Part shown: positions 21,462 through 30,287 of the stretch, in pieces
Numbering within the stretch: position 1 is the first letter of the stretch
How the letters are laid out: the number at the start of each line of letters is the position of its first letter
From: an uncultured delta proteobacterium
Lineage (GTDB): Bacteria > Myxococcota_A > Polyangia > Polyangiales > B10-G4
Assembly (NCBI GenBank): GCA_963727445.1
Contig: CAVSGI010000010.1
Coordinates: 64,001-128,000 of the forward strand
DNA: 64,000 bases
Direction: 5' to 3'
Translations under genes and position numbers: made by a program
Notes under the pieces: model-generated
Database searches by the model: none
What the model was told of the DNA's origin: nothing
What the model saw: the letters and a program-made list of their open reading frames with translations, nothing else

Positions 21462-24123
21462 ATGGATTCGAAGGCGATCCGAAAGGCGTTCCTCGACTAC
21501 TTCGCCGAGCGTGGCCACGAGCGCGTGGCCTCGGGGCCCATCGTGCCCGCGAACGACCCGACGTTGATGTTCGCCAACGCGGGGATGGTGCAGTTCAAGG
21601 ACGTCTTCACCGGCAAGGACGTCCGGCCCTACTCGCGGGCCGCGACGAGCCAGAAGTGCATCCGCATCAGCGGCAAGCACAACGACCTCGAGAACGTCGG
21701 CGTCACCGCCCGTCATCACACCTTCTTCGAGATGCTCGGGAACTTCTCCTTCGGCGACTACTTCAAGCGCGAGGCCATCGAGTATGCGTGGAAGTTCCTC
21801 ACCGAGGTGATGGAGATCGACCAGAGCCGGATGGTGGTCAGCATCTTCGGCGGTGACGACGAGCTCCCGGCGGACGAAGAGGCGGCGAAGATCTGGGCCG
21901 AGGTGAGCGGCTTCGGGCCGGAGCGCATCATGCGCTGCGGCGCCAAGGACAACTTCTGGTCCATGGGCGACACCGGGCCCTGCGGTCCGTGCAGCGAGAT
22001 CTTCTACTTCATCGGCGAAGGCGAGGCGGACGTCTCGAAGTTCGACGAGGAGCCGGGGATCGACGGCAAGGGCTGGACCGAGATCTGGAACAACGTCTTC
22101 ATGCAGTTCGAGCGCCACGCGGACGGAAAGCTCACGCCGCTGCCCGCGCCGAGCGTCGACACCGGGATGGGCCTCGAGCGCCTCTCGGTGCTCAAGCAGG
22201 GCGTCACCAGCAACTACGACACCGACCTGCTCCGTCCCCTCGTCGACCTGGCGGCGAAGATCGCGGGCAAGAAGTACGGCGGGAGCCTGTCGAAGGACGA
22301 CATCTCGATGCGGGTGATCGCGGACCACGCGCGCACCACCGCTTTCATGATCGCCGAGGGCATCTTCCCCGACAAAGCGGACCGCTCCTACGTGCTGCGG
22401 CGGGTCATGCGCCGCGCGATCCGCCACGGCCATCGCCTGGGCATCGAAGAGCCCTTCCTGCACGAGGTCGCGCTGTTGGTCGTCCAGCGGATGGGCGACG
22501 TCTATCCCGAGCTCGAAGAGCAGAGCGCGGTCATCGTCGACGTGACCAAGCAGGAGGAGGAGCGCTTCCGCGAGACCCTCGCGCGGGGCCTCGCCATCCT
22601 CGAGGACAATGACGAGTGGATGGAGGCGAAGGGAGAGAAGCGCTTGCCCGGCGCGGTCGCCTTCAAGCTCTACGACACCTACGGCTTCCCGCTGGATCTG
22701 CAGCGCGTGATCGGCGAGGAGAACGGCTTCGGCATCGACGAAGAGGGCTACGAAGCGGAGCTCGCGGCGGCCAAGGAGCGGAGCAAGGGCAGCAAGGTGG
22801 GCGAGGAGGCGGTCTCGGAGATCTTCTACGCCCTGCACCACGACCTCGGCGACACGGACTTCGTCGGCTACGAGGACGAGGAGGCGACGGCGCAGATCGT
22901 CGCCCTGGTGAAGGACGGTGAGCGGGTCGACTCGCTGACCAAGGGCGACGAGGGACAGATCCTCGTCGACGTCACCCCTTTCTATGCGGAGTCCGGAGGT
23001 CAGGTGGGCGACGAGGGGCGTGATCGCGTCCTTCGACGCGCGCTTCGAGGTCGACCGACACCCAGAAGCCGGTGGGCTCGCTCTTCGTTCACCACGGCAA
23101 GGTCTCGGCGGGGACCCTCGAGGTCGGTCAGGAGGTCACCCTCGAGGTCGATCACGACCGCCGCATGCAGACGCGCCGCAACCACTCGGCGACGCACCTT
23201 CTCCACTACGCGCTTCGCAAGGTGCTCGGCCCGCAGGCGACGCAGAAGGGCTCGCTGGTCGGCCCGGATCGGCTGCGCTTCGACTACGCGTCGTCGCAAC
23301 CGCTCACGGCCGCGCAGGTCGCCGAGATCGAGGACCTGGTCAACGAGAAGATCCTCGACGAACGTCGACATCACGACCGACGTGCTGCCGATGGACGAGG
23401 CGAAGGCGCGGGGCGCGATCGGCATCTTCGAGGAGAAGTACGGCGAGGTCGTTCGCATGCTCACGATGAGCGAGGACTCGATCGAGCTCTGCGGCGGCAC
23501 CCACGCGTCGCGCACGGGCGACATCGGCTACTTCAAGCTCCTGTCGGAGTCGGGGCTGGCGGCCGGCGTGCGGCGCATCGAGGCGGCGACGGGCTGGAAC
23601 GCCATCGACGCCGTGCGCGCGATCGAGCGCGAAGTGGGCGAGACCGCGGCGCTCCTCAAGACGTCGCCCGCGCAGCTCAAGGACAAGGCCCAGAAGCTGG
23701 TCGGCCGCGAAAAGGAGCTCGAGCGCGAGATCGACGCGCTGAAGCACAAGATGATGAGCGGCGGCGGTCGCGACTACAAAGCGGACGCGCGTGCAGGTCG
23801 ACGGCGTGAACGTGCTGGGCGTGACGGTCGAGCTCGGTGACCCGAAGGCGCTTCGCGAGTTCGCCGACAAGCTGCGCGACGAGCTGGCGCCGGCCGTGGT
23901 GCTGGTCGGCACCGCCGGCAAGAAGGGCAAGGCGTTCCTCGCCTGCAGCGTCAGCAAGGACGTCACCGACCGCTTTCAGGCGGGCGCCATCGTCAAGGAC
24001 GCCGCCGCGGTCGTGGGCGGCGGCGGCGGCGGCCGGGCGGACTTCGCGCAAGCGGGCGGAAGCGACCCGTCGAAGCTGGGCGAAGCCGTCGAGCGCGTCT
24101 ATGCGCTGACAGGCGCCGTCTAG
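21462..24123 (+). CDS. alaS: Alanine--tRNA ligase (frameshifts near 23015-23060, 23360 and 23790)
   Basis: DPTLMFANAGMVQFK, RHHTFFEMLGNFSFGDYFK, NHSATHLLH, ELCGGTH, GVRRIEA, GGGGGRADFAQAGG. Confidence 0.96.
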
Positions 24124-24248
24124 GGGTATCGCCGCCCCGCTCTTGGCGCATCTGTCTGTCGGCCGCGGGGAAGCAGTCCCCGAGGGGAGCGTGGAGGGGG
24201 CGGAAGTCCCCTCACCGAAAAGACAAGAGCTTTACGGCGGGGCCGTCC

Positions 24249-25640
24249 GTGGGCGAACCTTTCGTCGTGAACGTCTCTGAGGAGCAGCTTTCGGCGATCG
24301 ACGAGGAGCTGGCGGCGCTGGACGATCCCGAGCGCGTCTCGACGATCCTCGCGCGTTTCGCCGACGCCGAGCGCCCGGATCTCGCGGCGGTGGACGAGGA
24401 GCTCGAGGCGCTGGCTGCGGCCCTCGACGACGCCGAGTCTCTCCTCGCCGCTGCGCGGGCCCGGGTGCCGAGCACGTTGGTGGAGACGCCGCTGGAGCCT
24501 GTCGCCGAGGCCGAGACCGAATCCGAGCCCGTCGTCGTTGAATCCGAGTCCGCGGCGTCCACCGAAGAGGACGACGAGCTCGAGATGTTCTCCGAGATCC
24601 CCCCGCCGATGGAAGAAGGCGAGGAGGTGGATTCGGACATCCCTCCGCCGATGCCAGCAGCGGCTCCCGACCCCGAGATGGCGGCGGACGCGGAGATCGA
24701 CGCCGAGCCCGCGGCGTCGGCGCCCGACACCATCCCGCCGGCCGCCAACGCGGCCGAGCCCTCCTATACGGAGCTCGAAGCGCAGTTCTTCGGCGACAGC
24801 CAGGCGCCGCCCGCACCGTCGACGCCACCGGCCAATCCCGAGGCGGCCTTCTTCGGAGAAGAGGGCGTGATCGAGGGAGCGCCGCCTCCCGCGCTCTCCG
24901 AAGCGGACCTCTTCGCCGACGACGCGAGCGAGATCGAGGAGGCTCCCGTCGGCACGGGCGATCTCTCGGACCTCTTCGACGGCGACGCGCTCGCCGCGGC
25001 GGCGGGCGCCGAGCCCCTCGCGGACATCGCGTCGGCGCCGAGCGCCGCCGACCTCGAGCACAATCTCTTCGACGACGAGGAGCCCGAGGCCACTCACGTC
25101 TTCACCGTCGCCGACGTCGCCGAGATCGAGCGCCAGAGCAAGGCGCCGCCGGCCGAGACGAAGCCAGAGAGGACCGAGGCCGAGCTGGCGGCGGACGCCG
25201 AGATCGACGCGATTTTGGCGGCCAACGACGCGGAGAGCGCGGCCCTGGCTGCGGCGGAGGAGGCGATGGGCGCCTCCGACGCCGAAGCCAATCTCGACGC
25301 GCTCTTCGACGGCGTGCAGGCGGAGGCCCCGCCCCTCGACGCGGAGCCGACCCGTTCGGAGCCTCCGGCCCCGAGCCCGGTGGTGGCCGAAGAGGAAGCC
25401 GCCCTCGGTCTCGAAGCGGGCGACGACGAGTTCGAGATGATGCTCGACGACGACGACCTGGTCGTCCTCGACGACGACGACCTCCTCATGGAAGACGACG
25501 AGGAGGATGCCACCATGATCGTCGAGTCACCCATCGCCGCTCAGCAAGCGGCCCCCGCTCCCTCCGCGGAGGAAGCGGTCGAGTCCGAAGAGAAGAAGGG
25601 CGGCTTCTTCAAGAAGCTCTTCGGCAACGACGACGAGTGA
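24249..25640 (+). CDS. Highly acidic Pro/Ala/Glu/Asp-rich, probably disordered protein with a C-terminal amphipathic helix
   Basis: 463-aa ORF with coding-like codon use, ending KKGGFFKKLFGNDDE. Confidence 0.7.
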   Translation: MGEPFVVNVSEEQLSAIDEELAALDDPERVSTILARFADAERPDLAAVDEELEALAAALDDAESLLAAARARVPSTLVETPLEPVAEAETESEPVVVESESAASTEEDDELEMFSEIPPPMEEGEEVDSDIPPPMPAAAPDPEMAADAEIDAEPAASAPDTIPPAANAAEPSYTELEAQFFGDSQAPPAPSTPPANPEAAFFGEEGVIEGAPPPALSEADLFADDASEIEEAPVGTGDLSDLFDGDALAAAAGAEPLADIASAPSAADLEHNLFDDEEPEATHVFTVADVAEIERQSKAPPAETKPERTEAELAADAEIDAILAANDAESAALAAAEEAMGASDAEANLDALFDGVQAEAPPLDAEPTRSEPPAPSPVVAEEEAALGLEAGDDEFEMMLDDDDLVVLDDDDLLMEDDEEDATMIVESPIAAQQAAPAPSAEEAVESEEKKGGFFKKLFGNDDE

Positions 25641-25659
25641 GTCGCCGTCCCACATAGAC

Positions 25660-25691
25660 GCAGGGGCCCGACCCGAAGGTCGGACCCCTGC
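25660..25691 (-). terminator. GC-rich hairpin with C(UUCG)G tetraloop between convergent genes
   Basis: Minus strand gcaggggtccgacc-ttcg-ggtcgggcccctgc: 14-bp stem with one G-U pair; weak U-tract. Confidence 0.6.
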
Positions 25692-25798
25692 CGCGGGAGG
25701 AGTTCCAGAGCGGTGAAATCTGGAACGGACTCGATGGACGACTACGATTCGGGAACGTTCCTCGCTCGTCTGCGGCGCCGCTCGCCGCGTCGGGCCAT

Positions 25799-26740
25799 TT
25801 AGAAGTAGAAGACGCCGCCGAAGTTCATGAGCGCGCCGACCGAGGTGTTGGTGGTGCGGCCGGTGGGGTTGCCGAAGTCGTCGAACTCGACGAACTCCGG
25901 CTGCGAGCTGTCCGAGATGCGATGCCGGATGAGGGCGCGCACGTCGAGGTTCAGCGCGAACCAGCGCGCGATGCGCCACTCGATGCCGAGGCCGCCTTCG
26001 CCGTTGAAGTGGGCGAAGCTCATGTCATCGAAGCTGCCGGTGAAGCGGTTGATGCCGTTCGCCGAGCCCCAGCTGAGGCCGAGACCGAGCACCGCGTAGA
26101 ACTGGAGGCGATGCTGCGGGTTGAAGAAGAAGAGGGTGTTGATGCCGACCGGCATCTCCCAGCGGCTCAGGCCGTTGTAGTCGGTGCCGCTGTAGTAGCC
26201 GAAGTCGACTTCGAGGGCGAAGTGGCCGCTGCGCGGGCGGAAGCGCGGGCCGATGCGGAAGCCGCCCATCTGCACGTTGTTGCCGATGATGCCGGAGACC
26301 GAGGGATGGATACCGAAGCTCGGGCGTCGCGGCTGGCGCTGCTGCTGCACCTGCTGCACCTGCGGGCCCTGCTGGGCGCCGGCGCTGACCACCACCGTCG
26401 TCTGCGCCTGCGGCTGGGCGATGGGCTGGGCGACGGGCTGGCTCGGCTGAACGACGACCACCGGCGGCGCGGGCGCGGGGGGCGGGGGAGGGGGCGCCGG
26501 CTGCGCCGGCTGCACCACCACCACCTGACCCGAGCGAACGGGCGGGGCCACGCCGACCCGGACGCGGGTGCGGTTTCGCACCCGGACGCGGGCCTGGGCG
26601 TTGAAGGAGGAGCCGACGTTCACCGAGGCGCAAAACGCGTCATCAGGCGCGCACTGCGCCTCGGCTTTGGGGGCGGCCAAGAGGAGAAACCCAGCCAACG
26701 CGGGCAGGGTCAGGATGGCTGTCATGGGAAAGCGGCGCAT
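25799..26740 (-). CDS. Outer-membrane beta-barrel protein with Pro/Gln-rich N-terminal linker
   Basis: Signal peptide AEA-Q, amphipathic strands, C-terminal FGGVFYF. Confidence 0.75.
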   Translation of the reverse strand: MRRFPMTAILTLPALAGFLLLAAPKAEAQCAPDDAFCASVNVGSSFNAQARVRVRNRTRVRVGVAPPVRSGQVVVVQPAQPAPPPPPPAPAPPVVVVQPSQPVAQPIAQPQAQTTVVVSAGAQQGPQVQQVQQQRQPRRPSFGIHPSVSGIIGNNVQMGGFRIGPRFRPRSGHFALEVDFGYYSGTDYNGLSRWEMPVGINTLFFFNPQHRLQFYAVLGLGLSWGSANGINRFTGSFDDMSFAHFNGEGGLGIEWRIARWFALNLDVRALIRHRISDSSQPEFVEFDDFGNPTGRTTNTSVGALMNFGGVFYF

Positions 26741-26756
26741 CACGGAGGGACTCTTA

Positions 26757-26772
26757 CGCAAGCATGATGCCA
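26757..26772 (-). promoter_or_regulatory. Sigma54 -24/-12 promoter
   Basis: Minus strand TGGCATCATGCTTGCG (GG-N10-GC) just upstream of the beta-barrel gene. Confidence 0.7.
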
Positions 26773-26941
26773 CGGGGGTATCCACCACGATCCTACGATA
26801 ATTCGGCTCTCAGCCCCTCGTGCGTGACCACGCGTTCACACCGGGCTGCGGCAGAGAGTTCTCGGAGGGGGTCCACGGCGGCGAGACCTGGGACGCTGGG
26901 GACGACGGCGTCTGGGGACAGAAGAGAGCGGGACCCGCGGG

Positions 26942-27370
26942 TCAGGCCGGCTCCCAGCCGCCGCCGTGGGCGCGGCGCCGGTGCTCGGGGCGTAGCTCGC
27001 TTCGGGCGTCCGGGCTCAGGAGCTCACAGGGGTCGAACCAGTGGACCGTGCGGGCGCGGCCGCGGAGCGGCGGGAGGTCGCCGCGAAATTCGTCGGAGGT
27101 GGGACAGCGGTCCTTCCAGAGCGCCTCCGGCGTGGGGACCTCGTCGAAGGCCAGGACTTCTTTGATGCCGCCGTTGCAGTTGGTGCTGACGACGAGGACC
27201 GAGCCGGGGAGCGCTCCCACCTCCTTCACCCGCAAGACGAGGTCGTGGTGAAACTCGCCCTGCTGGTGATGGGAGAGCAGCTCGAAGCCGCCGAAGCGCG
27301 TACGAAGGATCTCCAAAAGGGCGCCCAGCGACAGCGCCTCCGCCAGCTCGGACAGGGTCTCCACGCGCAT
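26942..27370 (-). CDS. Hypothetical protein
   Basis: 142-aa ORF with globular composition (QGEFHHD, STNCNGGIKE, HWFDPC). Confidence 0.65.
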   Translation of the reverse strand: MRVETLSELAEALSLGALLEILRTRFGGFELLSHHQQGEFHHDLVLRVKEVGALPGSVLVVSTNCNGGIKEVLAFDEVPTPEALWKDRCPTSDEFRGDLPPLRGRARTVHWFDPCELLSPDARSELRPEHRRRAHGGGWEPA

Positions 27371-27410
27371 CCTACGACGCCCGCGGGGCCGTTATTCCGC
27401 CCACGTGATC

Positions 27411-27574
27411 CACATCAGGCCGTGCGGGAGGTCCCGGGGGGTTGAGGCGGTCGTGGGGTGCTGGGGGGTGGGAGCACGCATCGGTTCCGCGGCGCTTGCA
27501 GCTGTGTGGTCAATTCTCGTCGACGGTTCTCGACCGCCGATGCCCCCCGGGACCCTCCCGTGCGGCTGGTCGTG
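27411..27574 (+). ncRNA. Candidate rod-like structured RNA or long inverted-repeat element
   Basis: Arms 27419-27453 and 27531-27566 are complementary, with G-U pairs that only form on the + strand; the interior also folds. Confidence 0.4.
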
Positions 27575-27580
27575 CTTCTC

Positions 27581-29656
27581 TCAGAGCCCGATGCGGCCGA
27601 GGGGCTGGACGGTCACCTCGGGGGCCAGCTCCTGGTAGCTGAGGACGCTAGCGTCGGGGAGGTCGACCTCGAGGAGACGGCGGAGGAAGCGGCGGACGTC
27701 GGGCTGGGTCAGGATCACCGCCGCGGCGCCCGGCGCTGGGAAGCACTCCCGGCGCACGGCGGCGATCACGTCCTTGGCCATGTCCGGCGGCATCGCGAGA
27801 TACGCGCCGGTGGCGGTTCGCTGGATGCTGTCGCGCACCGTCTCCTCGATGAGCGGGTCGAGGAGGTAGACAGACAGGACGCCGCCCTCGGCGTGCTGAT
27901 GCGTGAGCTGCCGCTTCAGCGCCCCCCGCACCAGCTCGGCCAGGGTCATCGGATCCTTTTCGTTCGGCGCGTAGGTGGCGAGCGCTTCCAGGATCTCGCG
28001 CAGGGGGCGGATCGAGACGCCCTCTTCGACCAGCCGGCGCAGCACGTCCGTGAGCAGGTGGAGCGACACCGGCTTCGGCACCACGTTGCGGACCAGCGCC
28101 GGATAGGCGCGCTCGAGCTGGTCGAGCATCGCCTGCGACTCCTGCAGGCCCACCATGTCGTGGGCGCGCAGCGCCACGGCGCGCTCGAGGTGACGCCCGA
28201 TGGCCTCGCCCGCTCCGTAGCAGGCGATGCCTTCGCTCTCGAGATGCTCGCGCGCGTCCTCGGCGACGAGGCACGCCGAAGCGCCGGTCACCGGATCCAC
28301 CGCCTCGTCCGCGTCGATGCCGAGGGCGCGGACGGTCTCGGCATCGCGCAGACAGAGCAATCGATCCGCCGAGAGCGTGCCCCCACCCACCGGGATCTCT
28401 TGAATGGCGATGGCGTAGGTGTCGGGCGGAAGATGCGGCGCCCGCCGCGCGCGCACCCCGGGCAGGGCGATGCCCAGATCGAGGAAGAGCGTGTCCCTCA
28501 GGCTCGGGATGGTCTCCTCGAGGAGCGGGCCGCCGCCCGCGTCGTCGAGGAGCGCGTCGGAGAGCGCTGGCCCGAGGTCGACCGCCACCGGGATCACCAC
28601 CGGGACCATCGCGCGCTTGGCGCGTGTCTCCCGCGCAGCTTCCAGGCGAACCTGGGTGTCCTGGCTGGTCTCGCGCCCGCTCTTGTTGGCGACCAGGCGC
28701 CGCGAGACGACGAAGAAGACGACCGACAGGACCAGGAAGGGGACGGCGGGCAGACCCGGGATGATCGCCAGCGCCAACAGGAAGACCGAGCCGATGGTGA
28801 GGGCGCGCGGATCACCGAAGACCTGCCGCGCCACGTCCGAGCCGAGGGAGGCGTCCTCCTCTTCCGAGGAGACGCGCGTCACCACCAGGCCGGCGGCGGT
28901 GCTGATGAGGAGCGCGGGGATCTGCGAGACGAGCCCGTCACCGATGGTGAGCAGACCGTAGGTCTCGAGGGCATCGGTAGCGCTCATGTCGCGCATGCCG
29001 ATGCCGATCGCCAGACCGCCCAGAATGTTGATCACGGTGATCACGATTCCGGCGATGGCGTCGCCCTTGACGAACTTCATGGCGCCGTCCATGGCGCCGT
29101 AGAATTCGCTCCCGCGCTGCAGAGCGTGGCGCTGCTTGCGCGCTTCGTCCTGAGAGATCGCTCCCGAACGAAGCTCGGCGTCGATGCTCATCTGCTTGCC
29201 CGGCATGGCGTCGAGGGTGAAACGCGCGCCCACCTCCGCGACGCGCTCGGAGCCCTTGGCCACCACGAGGAACTGGATGAGCGTGAGGATCGCGAAGACG
29301 ATCGCGCCGACCACGTAGTTGCCCCGCACCACGAAGTTGCCGAAGGCGCTGATGACGTCACCGGCGTCGGCCTGGAGCAGGATCAGACGCGTCGACGAGA
29401 CGTTGAGGGCGAGGCGATAGAGGGTCGTGATGAGCAGGATGGTCGGGAAGGAGGCGAGGCTCAGCCCGCTATCGATGTAGAGGCTGACCAGCAGGAGCAG
29501 CACGGCGATCGAGACGTTGCTGGCGATCAGCACGTCGAGGAGCGGCGTCGGCAGCGGGACGATCATCATCCCGACCATCAGCACCACCAGCGCGGCCAGC
29601 GTCGCGTCGGCGTAACGGCGCGCGGCGCTGTGCGTCCCCCCTGCCTTCGACATCAT
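27581..29656 (-). CDS. sctV: Type III secretion export-gate protein (FHIPEP family, SctV-like)
   Basis: FPTILLITTLYRLALNVSSTRLIL, ERVAEVGARFTLDAMPGKQMSIDAE, FYGAMDGAMKFVKGDAIAG, VLSYQEL; the short LLQADAG loop looks like SctV rather than FlhA. Confidence 0.85.
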   Translation of the reverse strand: MMSKAGGTHSAARRYADATLAALVVLMVGMMIVPLPTPLLDVLIASNVSIAVLLLLVSLYIDSGLSLASFPTILLITTLYRLALNVSSTRLILLQADAGDVISAFGNFVVRGNYVVGAIVFAILTLIQFLVVAKGSERVAEVGARFTLDAMPGKQMSIDAELRSGAISQDEARKQRHALQRGSEFYGAMDGAMKFVKGDAIAGIVITVINILGGLAIGIGMRDMSATDALETYGLLTIGDGLVSQIPALLISTAAGLVVTRVSSEEEDASLGSDVARQVFGDPRALTIGSVFLLALAIIPGLPAVPFLVLSVVFFVVSRRLVANKSGRETSQDTQVRLEAARETRAKRAMVPVVIPVAVDLGPALSDALLDDAGGGPLLEETIPSLRDTLFLDLGIALPGVRARRAPHLPPDTYAIAIQEIPVGGGTLSADRLLCLRDAETVRALGIDADEAVDPVTGASACLVAEDAREHLESEGIACYGAGEAIGRHLERAVALRAHDMVGLQESQAMLDQLERAYPALVRNVVPKPVSLHLLTDVLRRLVEEGVSIRPLREILEALATYAPNEKDPMTLAELVRGALKRQLTHQHAEGGVLSVYLLDPLIEETVRDSIQRTATGAYLAMPPDMAKDVIAAVRRECFPAPGAAAVILTQPDVRRFLRRLLEVDLPDASVLSYQELAPEVTVQPLGRIGL

Positions 29657-29675
29657 CAGGCCGCCGATGTTGCCC

Positions 29676-30287
29676 TCATCGGATGGCTGGTGTCGAGGGC
29701 GGCTTCCGGAGGCGGCGGCGCGGCAGGAGGCGCGCGAGGAGCCCGACAGCGAGCACCAGCGCGAGCGTCAGCGTCGCCCAGCGCGGCGCGTAGGGGCCGA
29801 GGTAGAGGTGCAGGACCACCAGCGCCCCCGCGGCGTAGGAGAGCCGATGGAGCGGCTTCCAGAGGCGCACCCGCAGCGCACGGGTGAGCCGGGGGAAGGA
29901 GGTGATGAGCAGCGCGACGAGGATGGAAAGGGCGAGGAGCCCCGCGCGGAGGTAGGGCCAGCTCAGGACGCTCGCCCAGGCGTCTTCGAGGGGACCGCCG
30001 AGCGCGATGAGGGCGTGGAGGATGGCGAGCAGGGCCGCGCTGATCCCCAGCGGGCGCTGAAAGCGAACGACGCGGCGCGCTCTTCTGGCGAGTCGCGAGA
30101 GAGGCGTGAGCGACAGCGTCGCGACGAGGGCGACCGCTGCGCACCAGCCCACCGCGCGCGTGAGGAGATGATCGCGCAGGGCGGGCCATTCGGTCGCGCG
30201 TTCGGCCCAGAGCGCGGACGCCAGCACCGCGGCGACGGCCACGACGGCGACGTAGAGCGTGAGCGGCGGTCTCTTGCGACGCTTCAC
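29676..30287 (-). CDS. Ferric-reductase-like transmembrane heme protein (MsrQ-like)
   Basis: TLSLTPL, RPLGI...LH, LLITS, WKPLHRLSY...LH heme-ligand pattern. Confidence 0.8.
   Translation of the reverse strand: MKRRKRPPLTLYVAVVAVAAVLASALWAERATEWPALRDHLLTRAVGWCAAVALVATLSLTPLSRLARRARRVVRFQRPLGISAALLAILHALIALGGPLEDAWASVLSWPYLRAGLLALSILVALLITSFPRLTRALRVRLWKPLHRLSYAAGALVVLHLYLGPYAPRWATLTLALVLAVGLLARLLPRRRLRKPPSTPAIR

Noticed and set aside
21462..24123. alaS (and likewise pyrG) as pseudogenes or programmed-frameshift genes
   Set aside because: These are essential genes with all motifs intact, no in-frame decay, and indels not at recognisable slippery sites; sequencing error is far more likely.
27458..29887. 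Long antisense ORFs (for example 27458-29887, 39003-41582, 49489-51981, 34876-37113)
   Set aside because: Shadow frames of real genes, expected from stop-codon scarcity in high-GC DNA; translations are Arg/Gly/Ala-rich without motifs.
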